This document shows positions 24,969-38,063 of a stretch of DNA of 39,491 nt, piece by piece. This DNA comes from Bigelowiella natans CCMP2755 (taxonomy: Eukaryota; Protista; Cercozoa), in NCBI GenBank assembly GCA_000320545.1, contig ADNK01002822.1:1-39491 (forward strand). The letters are read 5' to 3'. The position numbers and the translations under genes were made by a program. Numbering within the stretch: the stretch's first letter is position 1; every line of letters starts with the position of its first letter. Below the pieces are notes generated by a model. The model was not told the DNA's origin. It ran no database searches and worked only from the letters and a program-made list of their open reading frames with translations.

Positions 24969-25382
24969 CCCCATCCAGGGTTGGTTACACGGCAGTTACC
25001 AGAAGTAGTAGCGTCAACATCCTAAAAAAATATACACATCGCCGTTTTCCAGGATCTATGGCAGACAAGAACGAAGAATAAATATGAATTTGTTAGTGCT
25101 AGCATGATGAAGCACTGGCTGCAGAGCAACCAGGATTCACCCGTTCCATTTTACCAGGAAACATCCGAATATTTTGAACTGGAATATTGTCAATCCTGAA
25201 AAGAAAAATTACGATGTTTCTCCGATAAACATGATCAACATATTGCTGCATAGTTAACTGCATAAAAGGAGAGGCGACGGAGCCCGAACGCGACTTCTGC
25301 GCAAACTCTCTCCCCCTTGGCAGGCCCCCCCCTTCTCTGCTTCACGCCCTGCCTAAAACACAACAATTCTTATTAACCCACG

Positions 25383-26697
25383 ATGACAAGCCTGGAGAGC
25401 ATTCTGCTCACCCTGTCTCTTAGTTTTCTTTGCGCGAATGGTGACGAGGGGGGCTCCTCCTCTTCCTCCTCCAGCTACTTCCAATTTCCAAGTACAGGAG
25501 GCAGCTTAGATCCTGACAAGATCATGCTCGACCCCGCGATACGCGATTGGGTTCTTGTTCCCATCCTCGTGGTGATGTTCCTGCAAGGTGTGATTCGCAC
25601 CTACGTGTCTATACTACTCAAAGACCCAAGGAAGACCGAGCTTAAGACTCTTCAGTCCACTGCTCAACTGCAGAGGTACGTGCGTACTACTTCTTGGCCA
25701 GGAGTGATAATAAAGAGAAGTTGATAGATGATAGTAATGGACACCTGTGCCTTAATTTAACCGGCCCCCTTTTCCCGTTCTAAAAGCACCAATCAAGTTA
25801 GTGGCATTTTTTGGGGGAGGGCTGTATCCTCTGTGCGTGGTTCGTATCTAATTTGGTTTTATGATAGATCGAAACGGCTCCGGGCACACGCTCATCATAT
25901 CCCGCTCGAGGCCTATAAAATGAGAAAAGTGAGAGCAAGGGGCGGGCAAGGAGAGGGAGAGAGAGGAAGATAGATCTAGCGTTTTAAGCGCCTATTATCA
26001 TTCACCGCAGTTATCAACTGCCAGACACACTCTCTGACGTGGTTTCCATTTGATTTATCATCAGAGATTTTTTATGGAAAAGGCATTCGCCCCCCCAGAA
26101 CAGAAAGAGAACGAAATGGTAGATAGTATTTGAGTCGTGGCAATAGAGAAAAGGAGGAGGAAGTGGGAGAAAGTAGCTAAGTTCCTAGCCTCCTTATATT
26201 AGGAGCAGCGGGAATCGTTGCGGTATTTTATTTCTTCACACTATCTCAAAGATGCTATCTAATTATACAGCCACAGCTTCCACAACAAGACCCTACGGCG
26301 ATGATGGGAATGATGAAGCAAAGTATGAGCATGATGGTTCCGAACATGCTTCTCATGGGCTGGGTGAGTCAAACGTGCACACACCTTGAGCAATAATGTT
26401 AATACGTTCGATGTACAAGGAAGATGGGAAGTGCAAAATGATAATTATGCCCAGCCTGTCGCTGAGAATTTGCCATTTTGTCCCTCCTTCTGTGAACGCT
26501 CTGATCAGCATTTATCTCTGTTAATTCGCCTATACTGTTACCTTCTCTAAACCCACATCCTCACCCTATCTGATAAAGTGGCGTTTGTGTTTCGCAAATT
26601 TTAAAGACGAGCTACTTCTTCTCCGGCTTTGTAATTGTGAGGCTTCCATTCTCTCTCACCGAGAAATTCAAGCCGATGCTTCAGGTAATAATAGGCC

Positions 26698-26741
<44 letters not shown>

Positions 26742-27604
26742 AAGAATATCCTTGTGTATGGAAATGCAAAAATGCGGTATTCTTGTCCTTTATTTGTTCT
26801 GGGAATACCTAATAACTATACTAAACAAAATCAGCGAGGCATTCAATTACGCACCCTTGACGTTTCATACGTGAGCTCGCTCAGCTGGTATTTCATGCTG
26901 TTTATGGGATTTCGGGTACTACTACTACAATTGCCAGATGCACAGTAACCACAGCAGTCCCACCTAACAGTATCAGTAACAACAACAATCTATCAACAGT
27001 AGCACACAATACAAAGCGAATGGCATCTCAATCAGGATGTTAGTTATATGAACCCTAACGGCTGCTTTGTGTGTGTTTGCAGGGCCTTTTCTCGGTCGTT
27101 TTGGGCGCAAATAATGTTGTCGATCAAGCCAAACTCATGGAACAGCAGGTGATTCTTCTCCCCCCCTTCCAATGAAAACGAATGCACATATAGATAGGTA
27201 GAAGAGAGAGAGGCGGAGAAAGCAGAGAAGAGATAGGCAAATTTCCGTCAGATATGTCATCTTGTGTGACTCGCGAACTCTCATAATTAGGTTTCAGGCC
27301 CGGCACAACCGGTCCAAAACTTCACACAGATGAACAAGTAGTGGCAAGATACATGCTCAACACGTGCACACAATGCTCATACAAACTATCACCTGATGTC
27401 CCCAATACACTGCCATTTGGGTGTGAAGGTTCTAGTAGTAGTAGGGAGTAGTAGTAGTAGTAGTAGTAGTAGTATGTATGTATGTAAGAAATTCACGGCG
27501 CTACCTTTTTAATCTCCAGGGACGAAAATACGGAGTTGGAGATTCATCATCATGAATGGATCACACCAATGGCAGAGGACCGCTTTAGAACAGTAACAGC
27601 GTGA
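25383..27604 (+). CDS. EMC3: ER membrane protein complex subunit 3 (DUF106, Oxa1 superfamily)
   Basis: Spliced motifs [96 protein letters not shown]; ends ELEIHHHEW...RTVTA*. Confidence 0.95.
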
Positions 27605-28702
27605 GTTTTGAGGAAGGCTGGTGGCACGAAGTCGCAACGCCCTATGTTCACAATATCATTATACCATAATTCCATTGGTTCGAAAATTTAAAAACGATGT
27701 AATCCAACTAGTAAAGTGTGTACACCACGCAATGTATTTGTGATAGCTAGATAGCACGTCGTATTTAAATTTGCGCAGTGTGAGTAAATGCCCCCATTCC
27801 ATCCATATCCTTATTATCATAGACGTTACATCGCTAATTCGTGTCATTGCTAGCTATAATATATGGCTAGATTCGATAGAGCAGTGCTGCCCTTTTGCGC
27901 TTCTACACGCACATGTCACCACGCTAGTAATTGCTAGCATGTACGCAGCTTTATATAGTTATTAGTGTGGGCTGCCGCTACTAGTGCTGGTACACTCTGA
28001 TCGCAATGCGTGCACATAGCTTTTGAGCTACCGTAGCTGCTAGCCTGCACGCCAACTACGATGTACGACACATCATACACATACTAGATAGAGACTGGCT
28101 AGCAGCTGTGTATACGTATTATCCATACACGCAATGCCATCGATCATGTGCATTCTCCAGCAGTACTAGATATGTTATACTAGTATATATCATAGGGCCG
28201 TAGAACATATTATTACATTATGCTACGCAGCTGCGGTACATGTACCTTGTTGTTATATTGCTGTATGTGGAAGTTGCGGCTACATATCTAGACATGCCAC
28301 AACACACACGTACACATCTAGACATGCCGCCCTAGCTAGCGCCACCAAGCTCATGATGACTATAGGTGCTGGATTGTATTGCACAATAATTTATAGATTG
28401 CGTGTATCTATAATTACTACATCTGTCTATAGAGGTAGCAGTAGTAGTAGTAGTAGTGATAATAGTACTTGTTCACACAAGTACATGCGCGTGCATGCGA
28501 TGCTTATACCATACATCAGACACAGTTCATACGATATACATTATCTATACTATAAACATTGTCTCTATAGTCTATGGCAAGCTTCATTTACAATGAATGT
28601 ATCTTACTTAACTATAGCAGGAATGCGAATGAAAAGATGTGACACATATGCAGCACGAAAGTTCAGCAAATTATTTCTGCATCTAGTGGATTGCACTCCA
28701 GT

Positions 28703-29590
28703 CTAAAAACGCATTCTTGAATTCTTAATTTTCACCGGCATTCCCTTCTTCAAATACTTCCTCTTCTTCATAGTTTGATCATTCAGTGCGCGTTGCTGCC
28801 AACTGCTGCGTCTCAGCTTTATAGGACGGTTTCCAACGTATTTCCCTGCCACTTCTCTCAATGCAGCAGCGGCATCGAATGGATCCAAGAAGCTTGCAAA
28901 GCCATACCCCTTTGACTTTTGAGTTCTTTTATTTCGGATAACCTTGGCTTTGGCAAAGGATGAGTATTTTGCGAAGGCTTTCGCCAAAACCGTGTCGTTG
29001 ACTTCGTTTCCTAGATCCCCGCAAAAGAGGCGGAAGTCGTTTTCGGGCCACTCCGAGAGAGATTTATCCTCCCAAATTTCCCCAGCTGCTGTGCGCATAT
29101 TCTTTTTCTTTTTAGTACTCTCCCTTTTACCCCTTCCCGTCGATTTCATATCTGTAGGAGCTTCCTTCACTGGTGGAGGAGGGGGAATCGCACCACCACG
29201 CCACTGTCCTCCCTGAGGCGGAGGGGGGGGTGTAGGAGGTGGGGGCACCGTGTTCTGCACAACATTGGAGAGACCTCCGACGGCTGAAAGGGTAGAGTTA
29301 ACTCGAGCGAGAGCTGCTTTTGCCAAAGCTGCAGCGTTTGCATAGTCACCCGAGGAGCTGGGCACAGGAGCCGAGGAATAAGAAACCACAGGCTTCACAC
29401 TCTTAACCGTCTTTATCACCTTAATCTCCTGGCCTCTAGTTTCAGTGGTTTTCACTGATGTTTTGATAACAGTGTTGGGTGGAGGGGGTGGCGGAACCAT
29501 CGAAGACGAGGAAGATGAAGCAGGCTGGGACTCACCTAAAGCTTTCATTTCTGCCTCAAATTTCGCGAGTTCATCGTCAAAAGCGCTCAT
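28703..29590 (-). CDS. RBM42: RNA-binding protein 42 (RRM; U4/U6.U5 tri-snRNP), intronless
   Basis: RTAAGEIWEDKSLSEWPENDFRLFCGDLGNEVND...AKVIRNKRTQKSKGYGFASF...GKYVGNRPIKLRRSSW is the RBM42 signature. Confidence 0.95.
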   Translation of the reverse strand: MSAFDDELAKFEAEMKALGESQPASSSSSSMVPPPPPPNTVIKTSVKTTETRGQEIKVIKTVKSVKPVVSYSSAPVPSSSGDYANAAALAKAALARVNSTLSAVGGLSNVVQNTVPPPPTPPPPPQGGQWRGGAIPPPPPVKEAPTDMKSTGRGKRESTKKKKNMRTAAGEIWEDKSLSEWPENDFRLFCGDLGNEVNDTVLAKAFAKYSSFAKAKVIRNKRTQKSKGYGFASFLDPFDAAAALREVAGKYVGNRPIKLRRSSWQQRALNDQTMKKRKYLKKGMPVKIKNSRMRF

Positions 29591-30221
29591 ATTAGCTAGC
29601 GCGTGATTCTTTCACAAGAATTCGACTGGCTTATTAATGATAATGAAGGGGGGCTCTCGCGCTTCCTCTTCTTGCCCACTCTCAAGCTCCACACGCACTC
29701 CGCGCGAGAGTTGTTTGTGTGTAAGATCTAATTAAACCCTACTATAATCGAGCATATATGAAAAATTATATCGCATTTTATAAATACGACATGATGTATA
29801 ATAACTAGATATCCAGAATATGTTGTCGTTCATATAATTAGTGCTATTTAGTACTGCGACAATAATGGTAGCACATCGTTACGCATTAACAAGCTGAAAT
29901 TTTATACATTTACCGTAAATTACTGTACCATTTCGTTTACTTCATACGACAACACCAAATGCCTGGCGTTAGCTACAGATGGAGCGTCTTCAACGTGCTG
30001 GAAATTCTCCAAGATGCCTCGAAGGAATACTGTGGCTTAATGAATTGATATTTTTTTAGGTGTATTTGGCTGTACTGCACGGCCAGAATCATTTGGACTG
30101 TAGAGTATGATAATGATAGGCGAACGTTGACCTGTGACAAAAGATTTAGATTGTCGCACGATGTATTTTCGTCAAAAAGATTTGTTTGTTGTTTCCGCGG
30201 GGTGAAGAAAGATTTGGCGAG

Positions 30222-31250
30222 ATGGCGGCTTTACGAGATGAGAGGAGGCCACTGCTCAAGGACTCAAAAGCTGTGGAGGATCCTGAGTACGTATACATCT
30301 ATGGCAATGCATTTTGTGAAAATTTTGTGACAGCAAACACATTGAGTAGGACCAGCATTGGGCGTAATCCATTCGTGTACGAGACTCCGATCGGAACTTG
30401 TGGCAAAATTCAGCAGGTATACATTCTTGCTTAATGCATCACGCCAAGTCTCACTAGATGTACTTATCGGGCCGTCATACATTGCGAACTAAGCGCTACA
30501 TTCTCAACTAGGTTGTAATGTTCCCTGTAGTGGTGCTGCGGATTTTGGGCATTTTCCTATCCGTTCTAGCGGCGTATATCTTCTCCAAAATTGCGACCTG
30601 TGGCTACAGGCTTCAAGACGCACATGTAACAAGCTAAATATCTTACGTTTGGACCATTACACAAGAGAAAACAAGAAGAGCTATCGATATTGATATCTTT
30701 GTTCGTCTTCTTTGTTATTTACTGGGAGGATGATTCATTAAATCTCTATCCTTCAGGGTGCTGTACCCTTATCATATTGGAGACGATGCCTATTTAGTCC
30801 GGTCGTAATCTGAATTATGCATATTAGTCAATCTATGTTCTGAATATTATCCGAATTGTACATTTCATCCTTAGTGTTACTCTCTGCCTCCTCTCTCCAT
30901 CCCCCTTCTCACTCATTCACTCGTGTGCATGTGCATGTGTGTGTGCGCGCGCGCGCGTGCGTGCTTGTATACAACGAATTAGAAAAATTGGGGGTGTTGC
31001 AAATGTATATCTAGTTGGCTGTTTGATTTCGTGTGCATTATCACTATGGTTGCCGTAGGTTCCTTACTGCGCTAGAAGCATCCTGTTCTTCCTCGGGTAG
31101 TAGTAGTAGTAGCAGTGATACGCACTAAGGCCAGACTTTCCCTATGTGCAATCGTGTCCAAGTCTGCATGTGGAAGAAGAAATATCCAGCATCCCCACAC
31201 GCATACTGTTCTTCACTCTTTTCTTCTGCTCTCCTTATTCCATACATAAG

Positions 31251-31295
<45 letters not shown>

Positions 31296-32152
31296 GTACA
31301 TGCGCGAGCACGCACAGATACAAACACACAAAAGGCCTAGCGCAGAACACATAGAATCGGTAGGTCGAAGTGGTCGTTGTGGTGCGTGTGTGCGTGTGTA
31401 TGTGTGCATGTGTGCGTGTGTGTGTGTGTGCGTGCGTGCTTGTCTCGCCATATTTCAAAATTTTCTCTCCTACATTAAGAACAGCCCTGCCTGCTATATT
31501 TCGAATTCAATTCAGCTATAACTGGATTCACGTGTATCAATGGCAGTGGAAAGACCCTTCGCGAGTACCCGAAACAAGTTGTAAATAAACCCCGTAGAAT
31601 AATTTGTGGCGGACCCTGTTTATTTGCTATTAGTCCTCGCACATGTGCCTGAGCTCAATCTGCGTCTCTCCTCTTCTCCTAATCCCCCCTCCCCCTGTCT
31701 ATCTCCTTCCATGTATTCGGCGACTGTATACCTGTGCATCAGTGCTGATACATTCAAATGTTAGGAGAAGACTGGGAAGCGCCTACGGCTTGTTGTTTCA
31801 CGCCAAGTAGGACGAAGCCTTAATGTGTTGTTTCACACCAAAAATGACAACCAGAACGTCCTTGTTCACGTCATCGATCATCGTTCTAAGAAAAACGATA
31901 ACGTGGATGATGACGATGATGATGGTGATGATGATGATGCTGATGGTGGTGATGACTACGTGTTTGAAAGGAATACGCTCTCCGGTTACAGCTTCGAATC
32001 ACGTGTCGGCGTTTGATTTCCTTGTGACCTTGGCCATGCTGGACCCGATGTTTCTGGCATCGGAATTTATCTCGCACGTGAGTTTAATAAAGCAAAAATT
32101 ATGTCGCAACAATAGAAATAACAACTCGAAGCTCATGATGATAACATATGTC

Positions 32153-32229
<77 letters not shown>

Positions 32230-33494
32230 ATTCTTAGATTCCCCTTATCGGCCCTGTCGCAGTTGCAATGCAGTCTTTATTCGTGAAAAGAACCAACACG
32301 GAGGACCGCAAGAGGTAGGTAGTAGGATATGATGATGATGATAGTGAGGATTAGTAGTGTGATCATAATGATGAGTGGATGATGATGATGATGGTGATGA
32401 TGATGCGTGGTAATATTGTAGAATGATGTTTTTCCCTTGAAACCGTACTTATGCTTGCCGCGTATGCAGCTATATTTCGAATCATTCACCCATCCCCCCC
32501 CTCACCCCCCTTCCCAAAATATACCTTAGAGTTGTTTCCAATATCGTACAAAGAGGTGCACACACGCGCGCACACACGCACACGCACACGCACACGCACA
32601 CGCAGGCACATGCACGTACATTCTCGCATGTATCATCATCACCACCACCACTATAATCATCATCACATATCACTCGCGGTGGCGATTATTTCTCACGATC
32701 GAATCCGTGCCAGCTACCAATGCCCTTGTTCTAATACTTGCCAAATACTAAAGCCAAGGAGATCCATCAGTGCAAATTTAACAAGACCCTGCTGATATTC
32801 CCAGAGGGTAGGAAACAGAGTAAACCGCACCTAACGTGTGCACGCGAGACGATGAGCATGCGTTTCTACACGCTGCACGCGTGTGCTTTGAATGATGAAA
32901 TGATGTTGCTGCGTTGTTATTGCCAGGAACAACGAGCACGCAGGACAATCTCACGTGGTTTCACAACGGAGCATTTTACCCTGGCCTCCCTGTCACGGTA
33001 TTTGCATGTGAAAATGCGGACGTGAAGGCGAGGATTCTAACATATGAATACTCTGTGTTCGTGCCGCCATCTCACTGCATTTTTGCTGCTATTATACCAA
33101 CAACTACCAGCCTGTGTATATCCGGTACAACTTCACTTCCTTCAGTCCTGCATGGGTACAAAGGTTGAGGAGGGGGAAGGATGGGGTCATCGATGCGATC
33201 GGTGCAATGCATATGTAGGAAGCTATTTGTTGATTCAATAGAGAACATCATTTAGGGTATAACCGAACTATAGGGTATAACCGAAGCTAAAAGCAATGTA
33301 AAAAGCGACGTTGTCGCCGATGAAGAGAGAGTGTGGTTCTTCTTCTTCGCAATAGTTGTTCCTGCGAGATGCTAAGGAATTGTTTTGGTTGTTGCTGCTG
33401 CTGCTGCTGCTGCTCTGTCGGCTATTCCTCTCTCTCAAAAGGTCTCTTCTGGTCCATCTGCGGGAATGATATTCTACCAGTAATACAGAACATG

Positions 33495-33526
<32 letters not shown>

Positions 33527-34243
33527 CTATAAAATATTCTTCAGCACTCGATATCGCTGCGGCCATCGTCACACAATGATGCATGCAATGATTCATTCCA
33601 CAGGGCGATGTGCCAGCTTCACAACTCTGCAGAGATCCACATTCTCCCGGAGTACAACCCGAGGGGCGGGGAGCGCAAGGACACGAAATCCTTCGCGCAG
33701 AACTTCCGGAAATACATGGCCAGCCCATTTGAACTAAGTGCGTTGTGGGGAGGAGTTGAGAAGGGGGGGGGGGGGGGGGGGGGAGGACGAAGAAGATGAT
33801 GGAGAAGAAGGATATGGCAGTAGGGTTAGGAATGATATGGCATTGCATAAAAAATAGGAGAACGAAGCCTTTTTCGTTGATTGTAAGGCTGCTTTACATG
33901 CGTTTAATCATGAGCTGTGGAATCGGCACATTTGCTGATGATGATTGCACACACCACCTACCAAAGTCTATACAACAAATGCCGATACCCTTCATTCTGT
34001 GTGCACTTCTTTCTTCCATAATGTGCGACTGATGTATACATCACACCCTACCAGCTACTGGTAGCTCGTAGTGCTCTGCAGTCGTTATGTTCCTGAATCA
34101 CCACCAACTTCCATTTGCTCCATCTCTCGCTAAATCATCGTTTTTAATTGCAATTACGCTCCCACGGTCAGGACTAACAGGGCACTCGTTGATCGATGCG
34201 TTAATGCTTGCGAAACATCCGGTCACGTTCTGTTGTTTCTTGG

Positions 34244-34283
<40 letters not shown>

Positions 34284-34285
34284 AG

Positions 34286-34331
<46 letters not shown>

Positions 34332-36095
34332 CAGAAATCGTAGTAAAATATGTTATATGGACATGCGTTCTTCTGTGCACATATATCCTAAATCAGGACG
34401 CAGTTGCCCTTAGAAGTTGTTCGCATAAAATCCGTTCCATTTCCCTTCCCCCCTCCTCGTTTAGGGCTACGTGAGCAGACACATACACCGCCACATGTCG
34501 GGGAGCACCGTACAGAAACTCCTTGGCCTACGAAACAAGAGCTGCCTCCGTCTTGCACAGCAGTTCCACCAACTCGATTTAGACCAGAATGGAACGCTGA
34601 ACCAGGTATTGCAGCAAGTGTGCTTGTCACCGCCATCGTTGCGTTGCCGTATTTACATCGTCATCATATTCGGAGTCTCGTCATCGTCGTTGGGGGGGGG
34701 GAATCAATTGCAAGCACCACGATAATTAGCGTTGGGAGATGAGATTGCGTTGTTCTTGCCGATGTTTGACGTGCCCCCCCCCCCTCCTCTTTCTCACCGC
34801 GCTGTTGGTATTCGTACCGTGCAGGAGGAGTTTGAAAAGGCGATGGAAACGCTGGGGTACTTATTTCTCCTGCCTTTGATAGATATGATGAAGATCTTGT
34901 GTGTATTGTCGGTTTGGTGTTGTGGCCATGATGATGAAGAAGTATAGTCGTCTCCACATAGTTCTCTGCTACTTCGTTCTTCGAAGCACCTCACTCCTCT
35001 TTCGCATATATCTTCAAGTTTCTTTCAAATATCATCATGATCGCTACCACCAGATATTATTTATTTTCCCATGAACAAGCCACCCCTCTGACCGCCACCA
35101 CTACCAAACGATGTTGCGCTATTCTCAGGATTAGGAATGCGAACTTCGGGCCCCTCTTTCAAATATTCGATAACGTTGGGATGATGTTGTTAAGGATGAT
35201 GATAATGATGATAGTGATGATGATGAAAATGATGATAGTGAGAGCTGAGAAGAGGAGGAGGCTCCTTGTCTTTCATATGAAATAAATGACGTATTTAATA
35301 AACAGCACCATTGATCTCATCCGATTTCCTACACAAACAACACACGTCGGTTGCTGTTGTGATAATGCTCGATGTAGTAGTCATTTCCCCTCTGTCCTAG
35401 TGAAATGGAATTCGGTGAAGAGGAAAGAGAAAGCAGAGTTAAGTTTCAGATGTTGGTTGTTTTTGCTCCCACAGAATGGGGATGGGAAAGTGGATTTTCG
35501 CGACCTAGTCCTGGGACTTCTCGTAAGATGCGACGAAAGCGCCTTATAATACATGTCCTACATTTTGATGATGATAATGATGATGATGATGATGATGATG
35601 ATATTTCCTAGATATCAGCTACAATCGCTTGCTATGAAGCACTTCAATAGCACATCTCACCGTTCGTACGCTATCAGCTATAGCCACGGCCATGTAGTCG
35701 TCCATACGCCATCATAATCATCATCTTCAACAACAACAACAACAACAACAACAACAACGAACGCTGTCATTATTCTTGTAATACATCCCCAATCAGTTTC
35801 GTACAGGAGAGAAGAAGAAGGAGCTCAGCAAGGTCATCACCCCATGATCTGCCATCATCGATCTACGATGCAACCTTCACGTACGCTATTCTGACTGCTG
35901 CTGCTGCTGCTGCGGCCACGGAGACTCTGCGCGGCATAATTTGGGTGTTATATTTTGTCAGGCCGACAGAGATAAGAAGATCAAGCTTGCGTTCAGGATG
36001 TTTGATTCGGATCACGACGGGAGGATATCCAAATATGTAGTAGTAGTAGTAGTAGTAGCAGCAGCAGCAGCTGAAACTAATGAGTCGTAGTAGTT

Positions 36096-36128
<33 letters not shown>

Positions 36129-36166
36129 TGGCTCACCACCAGCTCGCGCTCCAAGCTTATATCTAC

Positions 36167-36200
<34 letters not shown>

Positions 36201-36478
36201 CGAGGTCGGTAGAGAGTTTAAACGCACTTGCTCTAGTGAATTGTTTGGATACCCCCCCCCCCCCCTCTTCGTCTGCGTTGAGGAGTAAGTGCTTGTTGCA
36301 GGACCGCTTTTGGCGCGTATTCATTTAAATCAGCAATCAATGATCCCAGGTTTGCCACCGTGATACTTCTTTTTTTTAGGACGTTGAAAGCGTGTCGCTG
36401 GCCCTTAATCCACGAGGAGTGAATTGGGACAAGAAAAGGGTAGTAGAGTATGCAATGAGAAGGAAAGCTATGTGCGTA

Positions 36479-36523
<45 letters not shown>

Positions 36524-37312
36524 GTGTGCGTGTGTGTGCGTGTGTGTGTGTGTGTGTGTATTGTGTTCGCGCGCGCGCGCGCGTATGAGTTCCGTATGTT
36601 GATGATATATCTCGGGTTTGTGTATGCGTGTGTGTGGGATGATAATTCTAAGCTCGATGGATCGATGTCTAGGCTTTTTGGGTAGAACACCGTGCGTCGA
36701 TGCGGAATAAAAGCTATAGTGCTGATCGAGATGATTGCGGCAAATAATGAATCGTTGTTGCTGGTGGTCAAGATAATGATTACGATGATGCTGATAACGA
36801 CGATGACGACGATGATGATGATGTTGAATCTATAGTTGTCTACCGTTTTCTTCTCAGCCAATCCTCGAGAGAAGGATGCGCCGTGTTTCCATTGATTGAT
36901 CGAGCGACTTACTCATTTTACTTTCCACAGGGACTCAGAGACAATTACAGAGAAAGCATTCCTTGAGTTCATTAGCGACGATGGGTGTGTGAGTAGAAGC
37001 AGAGATCATCTGATAGCATGTACTGTAAAGTCATATCAACATACAATCTCGAAGCTCAGAGTCATCCTTGATATAAGCCATTCAAACAGTGCGCTTTTCC
37101 GGTCGCGCCAGCTGATACTATGCTTGTGTTTTTGCAGGGCTTTGATGAGGCTGCTGCTCCAGGATATCCATGATTTCCTAACCACGCCCAGTAGCCAGAG
37201 CACTGCCGACAAAGACGACGAAGACGCTCGGGGTGTGGGGAAGAATAAGCCAAGATCCATCAAGAAAGCGTGGAGTGAAACGGCGAAAAGCATCGACAAG
37301 AAGAGCGACTAA
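30222..37312 (+). CDS. LPCAT: Lysophospholipid acyltransferase of LPCAT1/2/LPEAT2 type with C-terminal EF-hands
   Basis: More than 20 exons: NPFVY, TM segment, acyltransferase motifs SNHVSAFD, IPLIG..MQSLFVKR, LLIFPEGTTS, FHNGAFYPGLPVTPVYIRY, MCQLHNSAEIHILPEYNP; EF loops DLDQNGTLNQEE, DNNGDGKVDFRD, DSDHDGRISKYD. Exon joins near 31.6-32.0 kb and 36.6-36.9 kb are unresolved. Confidence 0.9.
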
Positions 37313-38063
37313 CAAAATTCAGAAAGAGTTAGCTTGGCACAGGAAGTTTAAGTGGATGTGTTGGATGCATCGCGCCAGCCACGTCGGACGACGACTTATT
37401 CTTCCTCCACACATGATCTCCTCGTTGCTTTTTGGTACATGTGCATGTGCGACAGTTAACAGCTTCTTAACCTCAGCGACTCTGAACACGTACACGACAG
37501 CTTTAAACATGCTAAATAAATCAGATTTAAATCGTGCTACCCAACGATTCAATTTAAGCCTATACAAAGCTGAGTGTGTCACATATTGCTGGGCGAACGC
37601 AGTTAGCTAGTTAGCAATACGAACAGCAGCAGCGCACTCATATAGTATACGATAACACGGTCTGTGCTCTATTTGGGCACCTACGGCAAAAATAAACGCC
37701 CCGCGTCACGTCTAGACGTGAAAGGTGCACTCGCAGCTCTTTCTAGCTATCCTCTCGCACGCCCATGTATTAGACATGAAACAACACATCTCTGCCCTTG
37801 TAGGCTTATTATAGTCAAGTCGCGTCGCACAACAGGAACAATGATCAAATGTCGCGGGGAGGTGTCAGGAAATGAAATATAAGCCTAGACATTATTGCAT
37901 GCTAGCATGCATTGGCGCTGCGTAACGCGCCGCAACAACTACACAATAATCTAAAATAACGAGAATGATTTATCATTTACCCGGCTGCCACAACGTCACA
38001 GAACCCATGCTCAATCAGCCTATATTAATCACGAACTAACAGTTCGCAGCACAGTTCGCAGCA

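Larger units (their letters stand above)
21425..24985. other. TpA-depleted hypermutated island containing an ankyrin gene
   Basis: Hand count: about 10 TA in 21481-22780 and about 7 in 24156-24930, every one in CTA or TAG context. TG/CA are strongly enriched and CG is retained. Ordinary TA usage resumes on both sides. Confidence 0.9.

Noticed and set aside
21425-24985. CpG methylation decay or classical RIP as the cause of the TG/CA excess
   Set aside because: CpG remains common (cgcgcgc, tcgtcg). RIP would raise TpA, whereas TpA is depleted here.
21416-25081. Many overlapping Cys/His/Met-rich ORFs in the island (e.g. 24464-25081, 205 aa)
   Set aside because: Loss of TAA/TAG through TpA depletion lengthens random ORFs; none shows a recognisable domain.
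33252-33287. Duplicated tagggtataaccgaa, superficially telomere-like
   Set aside because: Only two copies of an 18-bp unit within an LPCAT intron.
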